DNA of 64,000 nucleotides from Octopus sinensis (taxonomy: Eukaryota): contig NC_043006.1 of the NCBI RefSeq assembly GCF_006345805.1, positions 35,092,001 to 35,156,000 on the forward strand, given 5' to 3'. The notes beneath the pieces are model-generated. The model was given only the letters and a program-made list of their open reading frames with translations, made no database searches and was not told the DNA's origin. Positions 1 to 12,872 of the stretch are shown here, in pieces; position 1 is the stretch's first letter, and each line of letters opens with the position of its first letter. A program made the position numbers and the translations under genes.

Positions 1-256
1 CTAATCTTGCACAACCACTATAAAACCGAGGCAAATTGTAACAATAGCATATTTCCTATCTATTATAACTTTCAAGCAGTCAGTTTCTTTAAAACAGTCT
101 CTTCCTTTAAATATCTATAAAAATTAATATTTATTTATTTATTTGTACATATTCTTCTAAGGTTCTCAACAAGAAATACGAAATTAAGACTTGTCAGGTT
201 TCAAATTTAATAATAAATAAGTTTCTCTAATTTATCTGTATTTAGTACTTCCTTAC

Positions 257-261
257 CATTT
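257..261 (-). other. Candidate 5-nt micro-exon (AAATG)
   Basis: The minus strand reads CTAAC (branch-point-like, 289-285), tggatcctcggtttctattttAG, AAATG, then GTAAGG. All canonical splice signals are present, but there is no transcript support. Confidence 0.2.
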
Positions 262-299
262 CTAAAATAGAAACCGAGGATCCAGTTAGCTAGCTACCA

Positions 300-309
300 A
301 GATATATAA

Positions 310-367
<58 letters not shown>

Positions 368-541
368 CTCTGTGTGTGTGTGTGTAAATAGATAGATAGA
401 TAGATGAGTTGATAGATAGGTAGATATTACTTTAGTGATAGCTATATATAAATATTACATTAGTAAACAAAGTTGAAATCATAGTTAATGGCCTTCCTTT
501 TAGCAACGCTGGCGTTATCTGATATATCTAAGATACGTAAA

Positions 542-616
<75 letters not shown>

Positions 617-645
617 ATAATATATACATGTATATATATATATAC

Positions 646-678
<33 letters not shown>

Positions 679-754
679 CATATATACACATATATATTCA
701 TACGGATATGCATACATCGATAAATAAACATATATGTATTATATGCATATGTAT

Positions 755-824
<70 letters not shown>

Positions 825-834
825 ATATGTATAT

Positions 835-900
<66 letters not shown>
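300..900. repeat. Compound (TA)n/(TG)n/(TAGA)n microsatellite block, representative of dozens in the window
   Basis: Long perfect TA runs (e.g. 543-600, 760-810, 848-898) with TG/CA runs. These generate the spurious YIYI ORFs. Confidence 0.97.
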
Positions 901-902
<2 letters not shown>

Positions 903-1740
903 TCACACATGGCTTGATCTTAACTGCACAAAAGCAATGCCTTGCTACCACAACTATGATAAGAATTAAATATAGAATAAAGAGGAAATCTCTAAGTACA
1001 GACTATGCAATCAGCATCCTGAAACGATCGATCGGTCGATCGATAGATCGAGTACACAGTCACGATCGAGTCTTTATCTCTAACCATTAGGGAAACATGT
1101 TGATATTTCCTTCTAAGAAACTGAATAGGACTATAAGCACATATGAAACTCTAAGCGAAACAGTGTCAGGAAACAAACCGAGAAAATGAAAAAAAAATCA
1201 GAAATCACAATCGTTAAAGAAACGTTTGGTGCTATAGGATATAAAATAAAATACTAATAATGATTGAAATACAAGTTAAAAACTTTTTCTGTCATGAAGT
1301 GGCTATGACAAAGAGGAAAACTACTAACGCCATGAAAATGTTAAGTCTAAACAGAATTCTTTGTCAGATTCAATATACATCGCACCCAATAGAATTTAAA
1401 GTCCATACCACAAGACATACAGTATATTTTTTATGCACAAGCGTACAACAATAACTTCAATATAATCGTCACCAAACGAGAAAGCGCTTAAACGATATAT
1501 ATGTTTGTATAAGTGGCCCCCCCACCGCCACCTCAAACCAATGAAATATTCTCGACCTGTTACAGACAAGAACCAAATTATCTTCAAATCCTATATACTA
1601 AGTGCGAAAAGTCCAATTTTTTTCGTCACCCTACCACTACGTTACAGGGGTTTTGGTGTAGCCAATCAGTTGGTCACTCCTTTGACCCTGTATAAATATT
1701 TGTTGCATACTATTCTATAATTTGGACCGACCCCCGTAAG

Positions 1741-1809
<69 letters not shown>

Positions 1810-3180
1810 GGTTGATATGTTTATTGGTTACTTAGTTGCGATATATGAATATCAAAAAGAGTTTCCATTTATTTCTAAAGCATAGTTCCGATCTTGAGAC
1901 CTCCAGGCTATGAAACCAGCATGCTACCACATCACGACAATGTTAAACGAATTATTACGCAAATACATATTTTTTATTGTTTGTTTTGGGTTACATAGCT
2001 TCTATTAAATCATCTACCATATGTTATTTACTTCTATCCATTGGATCTACGAATTAAAGTAACTACACAATACGTATTGCAGCACTGCTATGTTTATTTA
2101 CTTCCTGAAAGGCAACATTTCACTGAGCCGATACTTTGAAAATTACATTTGACAAGCCACAACCATAGATCTTTATGCTGCAAATATGTCCGTATCTTTT
2201 CATTTGCTATTTTCATGTCAGCGAAAAGCTAATCAATTCCATAAATGTTTCCCCCAGCGCAACATGGCAAGCGAGCTTACGTCTCACAACTTGTATGAAA
2301 ACGCAAACAAAACAAAGGAATACATGGACATTGTAGTCTTAGCTATATCAGTATGTCAAAAAATGTAAGGCGCAGCGACCAGAGCTAGAATGAATTAGTT
2401 TCTATAATTGTTTCACAGAGACTGACATAGCGCTAAACAGCAACCCCCAAAACATATCATTCATCACCAACCAATCACAAAATGCATATCTACCGCAGAT
2501 AGTGCCAAATTTATTGATAACTATTGTTGCTGCTGTTGTTATTGTTTACTTTGGCTCATTCTTGGTCAAGCTTTCTCACTGTGAACATCTGTTTTCACTG
2601 TTCAGTCGCAATACATACATTATTGAATATGTCCTACAATTTCTCAGGTTGTAGAATTCATTTTGAAGGAGAGTTAGCAGCCACTTCTAGTCGGTGCATC
2701 AACCACGTAGAAGTTCCCTTAATGAGTCGTTGATTTTACATAAAGTTGTACAAATTTACGTATTTGTTTAGTTTTGTTGTGGGATTCCATTTTAAATTCA
2801 TTAAGCCATTCAATATGTTATCGCTACACTAATCAAATATCATCAATCAAATCGTAACACATAAAGCAATCAAATTTAAATAAGAATTAAAATAATTTAT
2901 TCGTGTCTATTCCTTGAGGAGTTCATTTTAGATTTCACTTCTGCTTCGAGTTTTCCCCGTCTCGCACCAAACTGGCGCCAGAGAATCGCTCATCACAATT
3001 ACTCCATTTTGTAAAATTCTAACCAACTCACTTTGTCGCACAGCAAATTTGAAATTGAAATTGTCTGATTATTTTATAACCAATATCTCATTTAACGTAC
3101 CTTGGAAATGATCAGCCAGATGAAGGAAAAAATAATTAAAATGTATTATTCATTATTAATATTTTAATGAACAAGTCGGT

Positions 3181-3181
3181 A

Positions 3182-3248
<67 letters not shown>

Positions 3249-3275
3249 GAATAATGATGATGATAATAATAATAA
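3181..3275. repeat. (AAT)n microsatellite 5' of the Dong/R4-like fragment
   Basis: About 30 near-perfect AAT units. Confidence 0.95.
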
Positions 3276-3295
3276 AACATACATACATATTTATA

Positions 3296-3560
3296 AAAAA
3301 AATTGAATATATTGGTAAATTTTAGTACCTAACCAGAGAGAGATGTAGTGATTGTAGAAGAATAAGATAACAATTACTCCTGTGGTAATTGCTGCAAATG
3401 GCATGGCGACAAAATTCTTAACTAAATGATTGAAGGATATTGGAATCGAGACTAGTATTCTCGATTTCCATAAAAGTACCATCCAGTATTCTGCAAGAAT
3501 CCCAAGATTCTTTAAATTTGGGGAGACTTGTTGTCAAAAAACGTCAAGATAACACATATG
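3296..3560 (+). mobile_element. 5'-truncated RLE non-LTR retrotransposon 3' end (R4/Dong-like)
   Basis: The plus frame reads KNKITITPVVIAANGMATKFLTK*LKDIGIETSILDFHKSTIQYSARIPRFFKFGRL. This matches the R4/Dong C-terminal pattern (V.IVPVVIGALG.V.K.L..W L..IGI......LQK..L..SARILR). It is flanked by AAT/GAT repeats. Confidence 0.75.
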
Positions 3561-3599
3561 TTAATTAAATTAGCACATTCAAAGCTTGCCGCTATTGCT

Positions 3600-3618
3600 A
3601 CTGCTGATGACGATGATA

Positions 3619-3665
<47 letters not shown>

Positions 3666-3683
3666 AATCATGATGATGATGAT

Positions 3684-3758
<75 letters not shown>

Positions 3759-3792
3759 ATTAATAATAATAATGATAATAATAATAATAATA
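3600..3792. repeat. (GAT)n-(AAT)n microsatellite 3' of the Dong/R4-like fragment
   Basis: Directly visible; produces the poly-D/poly-N and poly-M/poly-I ORFs. Confidence 0.95.
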
Positions 3793-4207
3793 GTTTATAT
3801 ATTTGTATACATATATATTTGTCCAATATTACGGACTGATTTAGTAGTAGGAGATAAAGAGAATGATGAAAATATCAATATGAAAGGTATAGAAAAAAAT
3901 AGCAAAGTGCTTGGACCTAGCCATTGAATTACAGAGACAATGGAAAGTGCGGGTTAAATGTATCCCAGTGACCCGGGCACAAAAGCTGCCTAAGGGGTGC
4001 AAACCCAGGTCTAAATTTTTTTACGAAAAATGTGGGTGTTTTTAATATTAACATTAAAACAAATGCAAATATAATAATGACACGTCTCGATATGGGCTGG
4101 AGTGTTTCTATTTTGGATATATTTGGGGTACGTAATTGTGCTCATGACTTAGTGCTGGCTTCTTCCATGGGTATAAGTAAGTATCTCACTTAATTCTTTT
4201 GCCGCAT

Positions 4208-4270
4208 TTATCACTGATGAAGGGAAGGTTTTTTTATGAACTAACTCTGAAATCGGGTCCGATATGGTAA
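4208..4270 (+). ncRNA. Type I hammerhead ribozyme motif (Penelope-like element type)
   Basis: Stem I TTATCA(4208-13)/TGGTAA(4265-70). Core CTGATGA 4214-20. Stem II AGGG/CTCT, AA/AA internal loop, then GGTTT/GAACT. GAAA 4249-52. Stem III ATCGG/CCGAT with a 2-nt loop. Cleavage triplet ATA (after 4264). Confidence 0.75.
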
Positions 4271-4499
4271 TAACGGGATTTTTTAGAAATTTCTATTAGC
4301 TTTCTTCGAAACACGTGCTTGTTAGTGATAAATTATATGGTTATTGACGTTGTCTATTTTCGGCATATTTTAGCATTATAAATTTTTTCTATTGCCTTTA
4401 CTTATAAATTGTTTATAAAGTTAACCTTTAAAGGTATTTTTTTTATATGCTGGCCATTGATAGAATTTTTTTCGAAACATTTTATCCTACATTAGAGGT

Positions 4500-5300
4500 A
4501 TATATATATAGATGCACAGAGTGAAACAAACCGATTAGAATATTGCACAGAAGGTAACAATAGGAAAAATCACATCTAAGTGGTAGGAGAAGGTAACGAT
4601 GGCTACAGCGTGGTGGCGTAAGATCTTTCTTTTAGCTTTGGCTCGTGTTGCCTGTACGAATGTTTTGTCCCAGGTGAATGAAGGACATTGCAGTTACTGT
4701 ATTGGGGGAAACTGGTATATTTGGGGGCATCATGTGTTTATAGATTTTACTTTATTTACAGTTGGCAAATATATCATGGATCTGTGAGGGGTACATTCAA
4801 ATTGAGATGGACATTGGTGTGAAGAAAAGCGTCATAGTAGTAGTAGTGGTTATGGCTGTAGCATTAGGATATGGCAATGATGATGATGATGATGACGATG
4901 GGTAAGTTGTAGTATTCAGAGAAAATAAAAAATGTGGTTGGCTGGACAGTGAAGAGCTTTTCATTGTGGAGATTAATGTAGGTCATCAATCGTGCTAGTT
5001 TTGAGGAGTGGCCGCACTGCTTGTCATGCTGTTGCTGATGTCGTTTCTTCTGCAGCTGCAATAAGTATATAGTTTTAATTTTGATATTGACGATGTTTCT
5101 AGAGAATTCCCATGAGAAATTATGACCATCTTCATTAGTAAACATTTTGGACTTTATTCTTGTTTTGAGAAGAAACTTAATTTTAAGCAAATTTTTACAG
5201 ATCAATTTTGAGACAGTATTTTTTAAATAGTTTATCAGTCCTTCAAAAAAGAGGGTTGACATGAAAATGTCACCGATTGCAGGACCAAACCGCAGGGTTA
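4500..5300 (-). mobile_element. Possible decayed Penelope-like element sequence (132-aa K/L-rich ORF at 4864-5262)
   Basis: A non-microsatellite open frame beside a hammerhead-bearing segment. No diagnostic RT or GIY-YIG motif is recognisable, so the assignment is by context only. Confidence 0.3.
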
Positions 5301-6471
5301 TATGAGCTGCACAGGCACCGCGATTCCAGAATTGAGGTACACAATCTTGGTCTTCACTTCAACTAGGATTGTAGCCCTATCAAAGACGAATTTAAGAATT
5401 CTGACAAACGGAGAAAAATATGTATGCTTACTGTCTAGAAATCTTTGTAGATGCCACTGGGTATGTCTGCACATCACCTAGCATGGCATATCGAGCGCTT
5501 GTTGCAATGGTTAACGGAGGATGAATCTACTGACTGTGCGAGAAAAAAAAGTAGATGCTCGAATTCGGTCAGAGGAAAACTAGAGTGAGACCCCACTGTT
5601 AGACAACAATAAATGGGGGTGGGGGAGATATATATTTTCGTTAATTCTCCTTGGACTTTCAGGTCAGAGTTACTTTCCTTTCACATCATTTCTGAGCTCG
5701 TAATCACGCCCCAGATCTTACCCGCCCGGAGGGCCGGACCAAACTAAACACCTAGCAAATTAACTCATCCATCCAGTACACTAAGGTGTTATGAGATGTC
5801 ATAGACTTTCCCTTCCTAGCGCTGATCTGCAAGCCTAACGACTTAGCTGTGTTAAACTTCGATTCTTGCCCAAAGTCTCGTATTCCTTTAGAATGGTGCC
5901 GATTATATGCATTACAGAGGTCGGGCATAACGAAGTGATCTATGATCAGAAGTATATAAGCTGTGTAAGTATGTTTTTTTAAATTTCAAACGTAGTGTAA
6001 TCTAAGGGTGTGTTATTTCCGTGTATCATTTACGTCTTGTATCAGTGTAAAGAGGCTTGAGAAAAAAATAGCCTACTGCGGTATTGAGCTAAAAGTCTAC
6101 CTGGAAGGTGGTTCCAATGATAACTCTAGTATGTGAGGTGAATGCAGAGAAGCATGAGTAAAGTTCTAAATGTGTGTTGTTGTGTGAAAAGTAAACATTT
6201 GCTACTCGTATAATTCAAACATAGTCGAAGAGTAATATTTAAATCACATTTCGCTAATTCTTCGATATCTGCAACATTAATAATTCGGTGATAACTATCG
6301 CTTGTAAATAAACTTCCGATGTCACCTCTGATGTTGAATCATATCAAAACTTTCATAAGCTACTCTTTCATGATAAAAATGTATTGGTCATCCTGCAAGA
6401 AATCTATAATTTATTAGTCAATATCAATAGAACACAATATATTATTAGTCAAAGATCAAAAGAACTCCATA

Positions 6472-6542
<71 letters not shown>

Positions 6543-6657
6543 GCACACACATATATATGATTATATATGTACACATACACATATATATGTATATATACAT
6601 GCATATTATATATATATGCATACACATGCATATGATTACATATATATATATATACAT

Positions 6658-6706
<49 letters not shown>

Positions 6707-6741
6707 GCATATAATGTATGTAGGCATATATATATATAAAT

Positions 6742-6774
<33 letters not shown>

Positions 6775-7144
6775 CACACATATAAATGGTGGCGGTGTAT
6801 GCGAACAAATATAGCAAATCTATTCTCTATAGATATAAGCATCAATCATTAATTTAAGAATCTGTCCACTTTCGCATCATACTACCACAGAGGACTTTTA
6901 TAACAGATTCACAGACAGGGCAAACTCTAATGAAATGTTATCGAGCTGTCTTCGGAAGTAAATGTCTCATTGAATTGATTTGTAACTCCGTCACACTCAC
7001 TCAGTCTAAACTTACCTTTTCGATTGCAAGTTGTGTATAAACAATTTGCTATAGAAATTTCTCGTTTGCAATAGCAATAGAACCTGATTTTCCCTGTCTA
7101 ACCTTACTCATCCAATGCAAACACACAAACACACACACACGCAC

Positions 7145-7520
7145 AATTTTGCTGACTGCTGTTTGAGTCACCTCTCCACTACAGTTTTCACATCCTCGTC
7201 ACTGGAATAATGATTGCCTATCAAACCCTCTATAATCTAAGGTATTGTCCTCAAAAGCATTTTGTAACCGTCGGTGAATGTTCACGGTGGTTTCCCCCTC
7301 CTTAACAAGAAATTCAGTCACTGGTCTTTGTTTTTGACGTAACTCTTAGGGGGCAGCCATTTTGAATTTTCCTTACCAGTGTAAAATCCTAAAAAGTAAG
7401 AAACAAATATTTCAGAACGTAAATGATATAATCATTTATAATTGCGAAAATTTTCAGTTATTTTTATCAAAATGTTCACATGAAATAAAGAAAATGGCAT
7501 TCTTCTTTGACTCACCCGTT
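7145..7520 (-). mobile_element. Internally deleted mariner relic
   Basis: The minus frame QRPVTEFLVKEGETTVNIHRRLQNAFEDNTLDY (mariner N-terminal HTH-like) is fused to HYSSDEDVKTVVER*LKQQSA (mariner C-terminal-like). A TIR-like ttctttgactcacccgtt lies at 7503-7520. Confidence 0.6.
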
Positions 7521-8194
7521 TTAAGATAATCTCTGCAGATTTTCTATAGAAATTATTGCCAGCACACATAATGTTGCATTTCGTAGCCGTAACGTCAGAT
7601 ATAAACAAACAATATACATATATATATATATTCTTTGTTGTCGAATAAATTTTATCATGTGGTAGATTTCGGAAATCTCTTTAACAACTCCGGCAGCGAA
7701 GAAAACCAGTTACCGAAACGTTATGATGACCCGGGAAGGTGCACTTTCTTTTGCAAATGCATATTTGATAAAAATCGTATAGTCTGAAAATATTTTCCTA
7801 TTTATATCATTCATGTAATTATTAGCCTTAGCGTTGACAAGCTCCATTATTCCCAGAATAAACAGACGCAATGGATACCACTTTTAGATAAATTATTAAA
7901 TTTGTGCATGGGCTTCTATCTAAAACAAACGCACATATACATAGGCATGTCCACACACAAACAGACAACTACAAATATAGACACAGACAAACGCATACAC
8001 ACACACTATGTATGCATATATGTATAAGTACACGCGGCTAAGTGGGCTTCTGCGTACGTTGATTGGATCATTCTAGTACAAGTTATCTTTTGATGTGCGT
8101 AAAGAATTGAAAATCTGATGGTTCATCGGTTTAATGTTTAGTTGGAGGTTTCCAAAACACAGATATATACACATACATACATGTATGTGTGTGA

Positions 8195-8269
<75 letters not shown>

Positions 8270-10329
8270 AAGATAGAGAGTGAGAATGAGAGAGAGAAAT
8301 AATATATTAGACAAAAAGGAGGTGAATATTAGTGCGTTGTATATTCATCTTCAACGACAAATATTATAAAGCAATCATTTAAATATCGTCTTGAGAGTGT
8401 ACGTGCTTATGTGTGTGTGTTTGTATGTATGTGTTTATGTGTAGGTGTATAAATTTGTGTATGGATGTGTGTATATACGCATGCAGATACTTTGACACTC
8501 ATATCATTATCATTATCGAGCGAACGTCGCCTTTAACATGAAACCGACTAGAAAATTACTTATTCATAATACCTTTGATCTTCCATTCAGATCAAGACCT
8601 CATTGTACACATTACACTCCCCCAATAATATATGCGTATTTGTACATATAAATACATGCATATAAACATACATACATGGACAGACACATATATATCCTTA
8701 TAAAACTATATATATATATATATACACACACATATGTATACATACATACAATCATACTAATTGACATATACTCATTAGTCCAAAATATTACATATACATA
8801 CGCAAACACACACACGTGTGTATGTATATATAAAGTTAGGTTACACTCTGTTAAGAACGTAGTAAAGTACAGTATAAACCTCATCCGTCTTCAGATTTCA
8901 CTCTGTCCTATACAGTGGTAGTATTATACGTACAGCTAGATTTGCGACGGCGTTTCTATAGCGTATGAATGGGTGATTGAATAAGTTGATGTCAGCGAGA
9001 ACGAGTTCAGAGGAACAGTTATTTGTAATTTCTACAGTTGATTCGCCGCAACTAGTCCTCCATTTTCGGAGATTTTTGATTATGTAACCGTTTCCCTGCA
9101 TTGTGGGATCTTATATTTCTTCACGTGATGTATAAATATTGTTTGTGTGTTCTGTAAACTCAAATTCTCGGCTTCGAGTCCATCCTTTCTGTCTGTCGTG
9201 ACATGAGAGGGAGTAGTAACCACTCGGTAAATCGAAAGATATGGCTGAAAGTCTGTTGATGAAATTGTTTTGTGTCTAGAGAGTGGGAGGATGGCCATGC
9301 CATGGATTGTAAGTATAGAAGTTTATATTAAAAGGATTGTCATTCTATTTCTTTGTATTTCTAATTTATTCATCATGGTCAGTTACACACGATGGAAAGA
9401 GGATAAGAGAAACTGTATACGAAATCCCATTTTTTTAGTATCTTCATTTCTACCTTGTTTTTTCCCCTCTTAACTCAGCATGACTGAAACTTTGATTATA
9501 TTCCTTTCTTGTCGTTCTCTACTAACACTAATGAGCTTTTGTACATTCAAATAAATTGATGCACAGTTTTAATATTATTGACAGTTATGAATATTTAAAC
9601 TTGTCAACATCGAAATTTTTGAACATGTTTTTCCAATTCATAATTCTGACTTTCTCTGTTATGCCTATTTTAATTTGTCAACATTGAAACTTTTAAAGAT
9701 GTTTTTCTAATTCATAATTCTATATTTGTACCATTGATAGAATATTGTTGAAACTAGTTTGGTATATATGTAAATACATTTATTTTAAACAATTACGGGT
9801 TTTTCAAACTTAGGTGCATTTTCAATAACAAGATTACCTATATATATATATATGTATTGTGTACATACTAATGTTTGCTCCTATGCTCTGTCATAATAAG
9901 AACAATTTTATTTCTATATGAATCGTGACTCCATATTTTTTATCAAGTAAAAAATTTTATAATACTGTAACGAGCTAAACATAAAAAAATCCTTGACATT
10001 CCTGTGCAAACTCCATTATAAAAAAAGCTGACACGTCCGTAAACCAAAATAATTCTTTCTCCTTCCCTTTTGTGAAGCGCTAAAAGAAATCCCACGACCT
10101 TTATCTGACATGCATAAATATATAACCAGTTTACAAAGCTCTCCACGCATGAGGAAATACTACACAGTAACATAATCCTTACGAATAAAACTTTCCCCAT
10201 AACACCTCTGTAGCACAAGATACCCAAAATCCTAATTACAATACAACTGAAACCCACACAGGTGAGAAAAATGTTATTTCAAGAGAGGTTTTATAAATCC
10301 AAGATTAATCTATCACAGTGCGATGATGG

Positions 10330-10390
10330 CTTAGCTGGCCGAAACTTCGAAGTTACAGTCATTAGTATTCTTGTTAAAGAATTATATGTA
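10330..10390 (+). repeat. Short dispersed repeat (about 55 bp); other copies at about 12538-12592 (-) and about 57320-57375 (+)
   Basis: Shared core gctggccgaaacttcgaagt.acagtc...ttcttgt.aaag, abutting TA microsatellites in two copies. Confidence 0.55.
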
Positions 10391-10420
10391 TACATATGTA
10401 TATATATGTATACATATATA

Positions 10421-10468
<48 letters not shown>

Positions 10469-10555
10469 CAAACAGACACACACACATATATATACATATA
10501 CATACATGCAAACTCATACATAGATACATACATACATCCATACATACATATATAC

Positions 10556-10821
10556 ATATGTGACAAGACAGGCAGATGGAATTACAGGTACAATTTTTTT
10601 TTAAAGGTTTGTGAAATAAAGTGTCTTGATCAAGGACACAACGCATCGTTGTGTATACAGTGAAGGTGCGTGGCTTAGTAGTTAGGGCATTCTGCTCACG
10701 ATCGTACGATCACGAGTTCAATTCTCAGCGATGCGTTGTGTCCTTGATCAAGACACTTTATTTCACATATCTTTCCAAAAAAATTGTACCTGTAATTCCA
10801 TCTTCCTGTCTTGTCACATAT
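10556..10821. repeat. Inverted duplication: 10556-10651 is the reverse complement of 10726-10821
   Basis: About 96-bp arms with few mismatches. Both strands translate [30 protein letters not shown]. Confidence 0.92.
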
Positions 10822-10970
10822 AGGGTCACGATGAATCTCTCCCCAAACTATGTTAACGCCCCATGTGCCTGGGGAATGCTCAGCCACTTGGAAGTTAATA
10901 TTACGAGCGGGCTGTTCCGTTGATCGGATCAGCGGTCTGCAACACTCATCACAACAGACCGAGTGTCAGT
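10663..10970 (+). mobile_element. tRNA-derived SINE (family C tail)
   Basis: tRNA-like head ggtgcgtggcttagtagttagggcatt...gagttcaattctc (A and B boxes). The 3' domain gctcagccacttg..gttaat.ttacgagcgggctgttccgttgatcggatca is shared with the 32888 copy. Confidence 0.75.
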
Positions 10971-11242
10971 CTATATAATGCTATATAATACTTGGTCGTT
11001 CCATCTGCATTAGAGTCAATTACAAAAAATATTCTGTTTCTGCCGATTATAAGACTGCGCGTTACAATGAGTAATAAGCGGCTTTGTTATGAGACAAGAA
11101 GAGACGAATGTGGCTTTGAAAAATAAAGAGCACACAAACACACACACTCATCTATATCTATATCTATATATATATAGTTTATATATATATATGTATCCTA
11201 TATGAGCCATATAGTGACCACTCTCTTATATTTATTATGTAT

Positions 11243-11359
<117 letters not shown>

Positions 11360-11394
11360 TATATGTACAATGCACATATATATATTATATATGT

Positions 11395-11706
11395 GGAGGC
11401 GCAATAGCCCAGTGGTTAGAGCAGCGGACTCGCTGTCGTAGGATCGCAGTTTCGATTCCCAGACCGGGCGTTGTGAGTGTTTATTGAGCGAAAAGACCTA
11501 AAGCTCCACGAGGCTCCGGCAGGGGATGGTGGCGATCCCTGCTGTACTCTTTCGCCACAACTTTCTCTCACTCTTTCTTCTGTTGGCCTGCTCGCTTAGC
11601 CAGCGGGGTGGCGTCATTTAAAGGCTAAAACAATGCAATGCGCATTGTGACCAGCGATGTGTAGCAACATCTGATAGCCTGGTCGGTCACGGTAATCACG
11701 GTGATA
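11395..11706 (+). mobile_element. Full-length tRNA-derived SINE (family A)
   Basis: A box tagcccagtggttaga, B box gtttcgattccc. Near-identical to 47771-48079 (reverse). Inserted in TA repeat with a probable atattatatat TSD. Confidence 0.9.
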
Positions 11707-11758
11707 TATTATATATAGGATATATATATATATTATGTATAGGTATATATATATTATG

Positions 11759-11807
<49 letters not shown>

Positions 11808-12490
11808 GTATGTATGTTTGTATGCATGTATAAGGATATATATATATATATGGTCCATAATGTGAGAAAGATTGTTGTCGTGCCATATAAAAATATACAC
11901 ACAGGAGGGCATGATGACGCAAAAAGTGCAGGAGGTAGGAGGAGAGGTAATGGAGAGGAATAGTAGGAAGAAAAGCAGAAGAGACTGATGATGAAAGTGA
12001 TAATGATGATGATGATCATGACGACGGTGACGACGAAAATGCTGTTGATGATGAAGGAAAAGACGATAAGAGGCTGTGCATAGAAAGACAACTGCTGGGA
12101 GTGGACATTCCAGGAGGTCATTGTTTTCTTGAGTAAAACAATGCAAAAAGTTCACAATGAATGGAATTAGTTCATTGTTAGCTGCTGTTAATAATGGCAA
12201 CGTTTATAGGCGTGCGGAGGGAAGAGGAACGGGTAGTGTTGTAGAAAGTTATACGTGATTACATGCATCCATACGTACACACGCACACACACACACACAT
12301 ACACACACACACAGACGCATATATATACGAAGTTTCGAATTACATTATCGCTCTGCCATTACATAGTGCGTGTGTTTTCTTTATATGCTAATTTCATGTG
12401 TCGTGTAGGGAGTCTTCCCGGGATACTATCCCGCAGCAAGTTGGCATATTAACGAAACTGACAGTCTCTGTATGTGCCACCAATAATGTT

Positions 12491-12538
<48 letters not shown>

Positions 12539-12691
12539 ATTCTTATACAAGAATGCTGTTGACATGACTTCGAAATTTCGGCCTGCTAACTGAATATACA
12601 GACAAACATTAACACACGGACACACACACACACACACAAACACACACATATTCACACACACGCATATACACATACATTTATAAATATATAT

Positions 12692-12872
12692 ATTTTTATT
12701 ACGCACAAGAGGACAAACAAGGACAGACAAACGGATTAAGTCGATTACATCGACCCCGAAAGGATGAAAGGCAAAGTCGACCTCGGCGGAATTAGAACTC
12801 AGAACATAACGGCAGACCAAATACGGCTACGCATTTCGCCCAGCGTGCTAACGTTTCTGCCAACTCGCCGCC
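12692..12872 (-). mobile_element. tRNA-derived SINE (family B) with internal deletion
   Basis: Matches the copies at 14583, 29554, 39713 and 59017. The deletion lies between two atcgacccc repeats. Confidence 0.9.

Noticed and set aside
1022-1075. CpG-rich (CGAT)n-like stretch
   Set aside because: A short degenerate tetranucleotide repeat, too small to be a CpG island or a defined regulatory element.
11395-11470. tRNA-like sequences at SINE heads (also 10663, 16278, 21585, 32888)
   Set aside because: They have A/B boxes but no complete cloverleaf, and they continue into SINE bodies; they are not tRNA genes.
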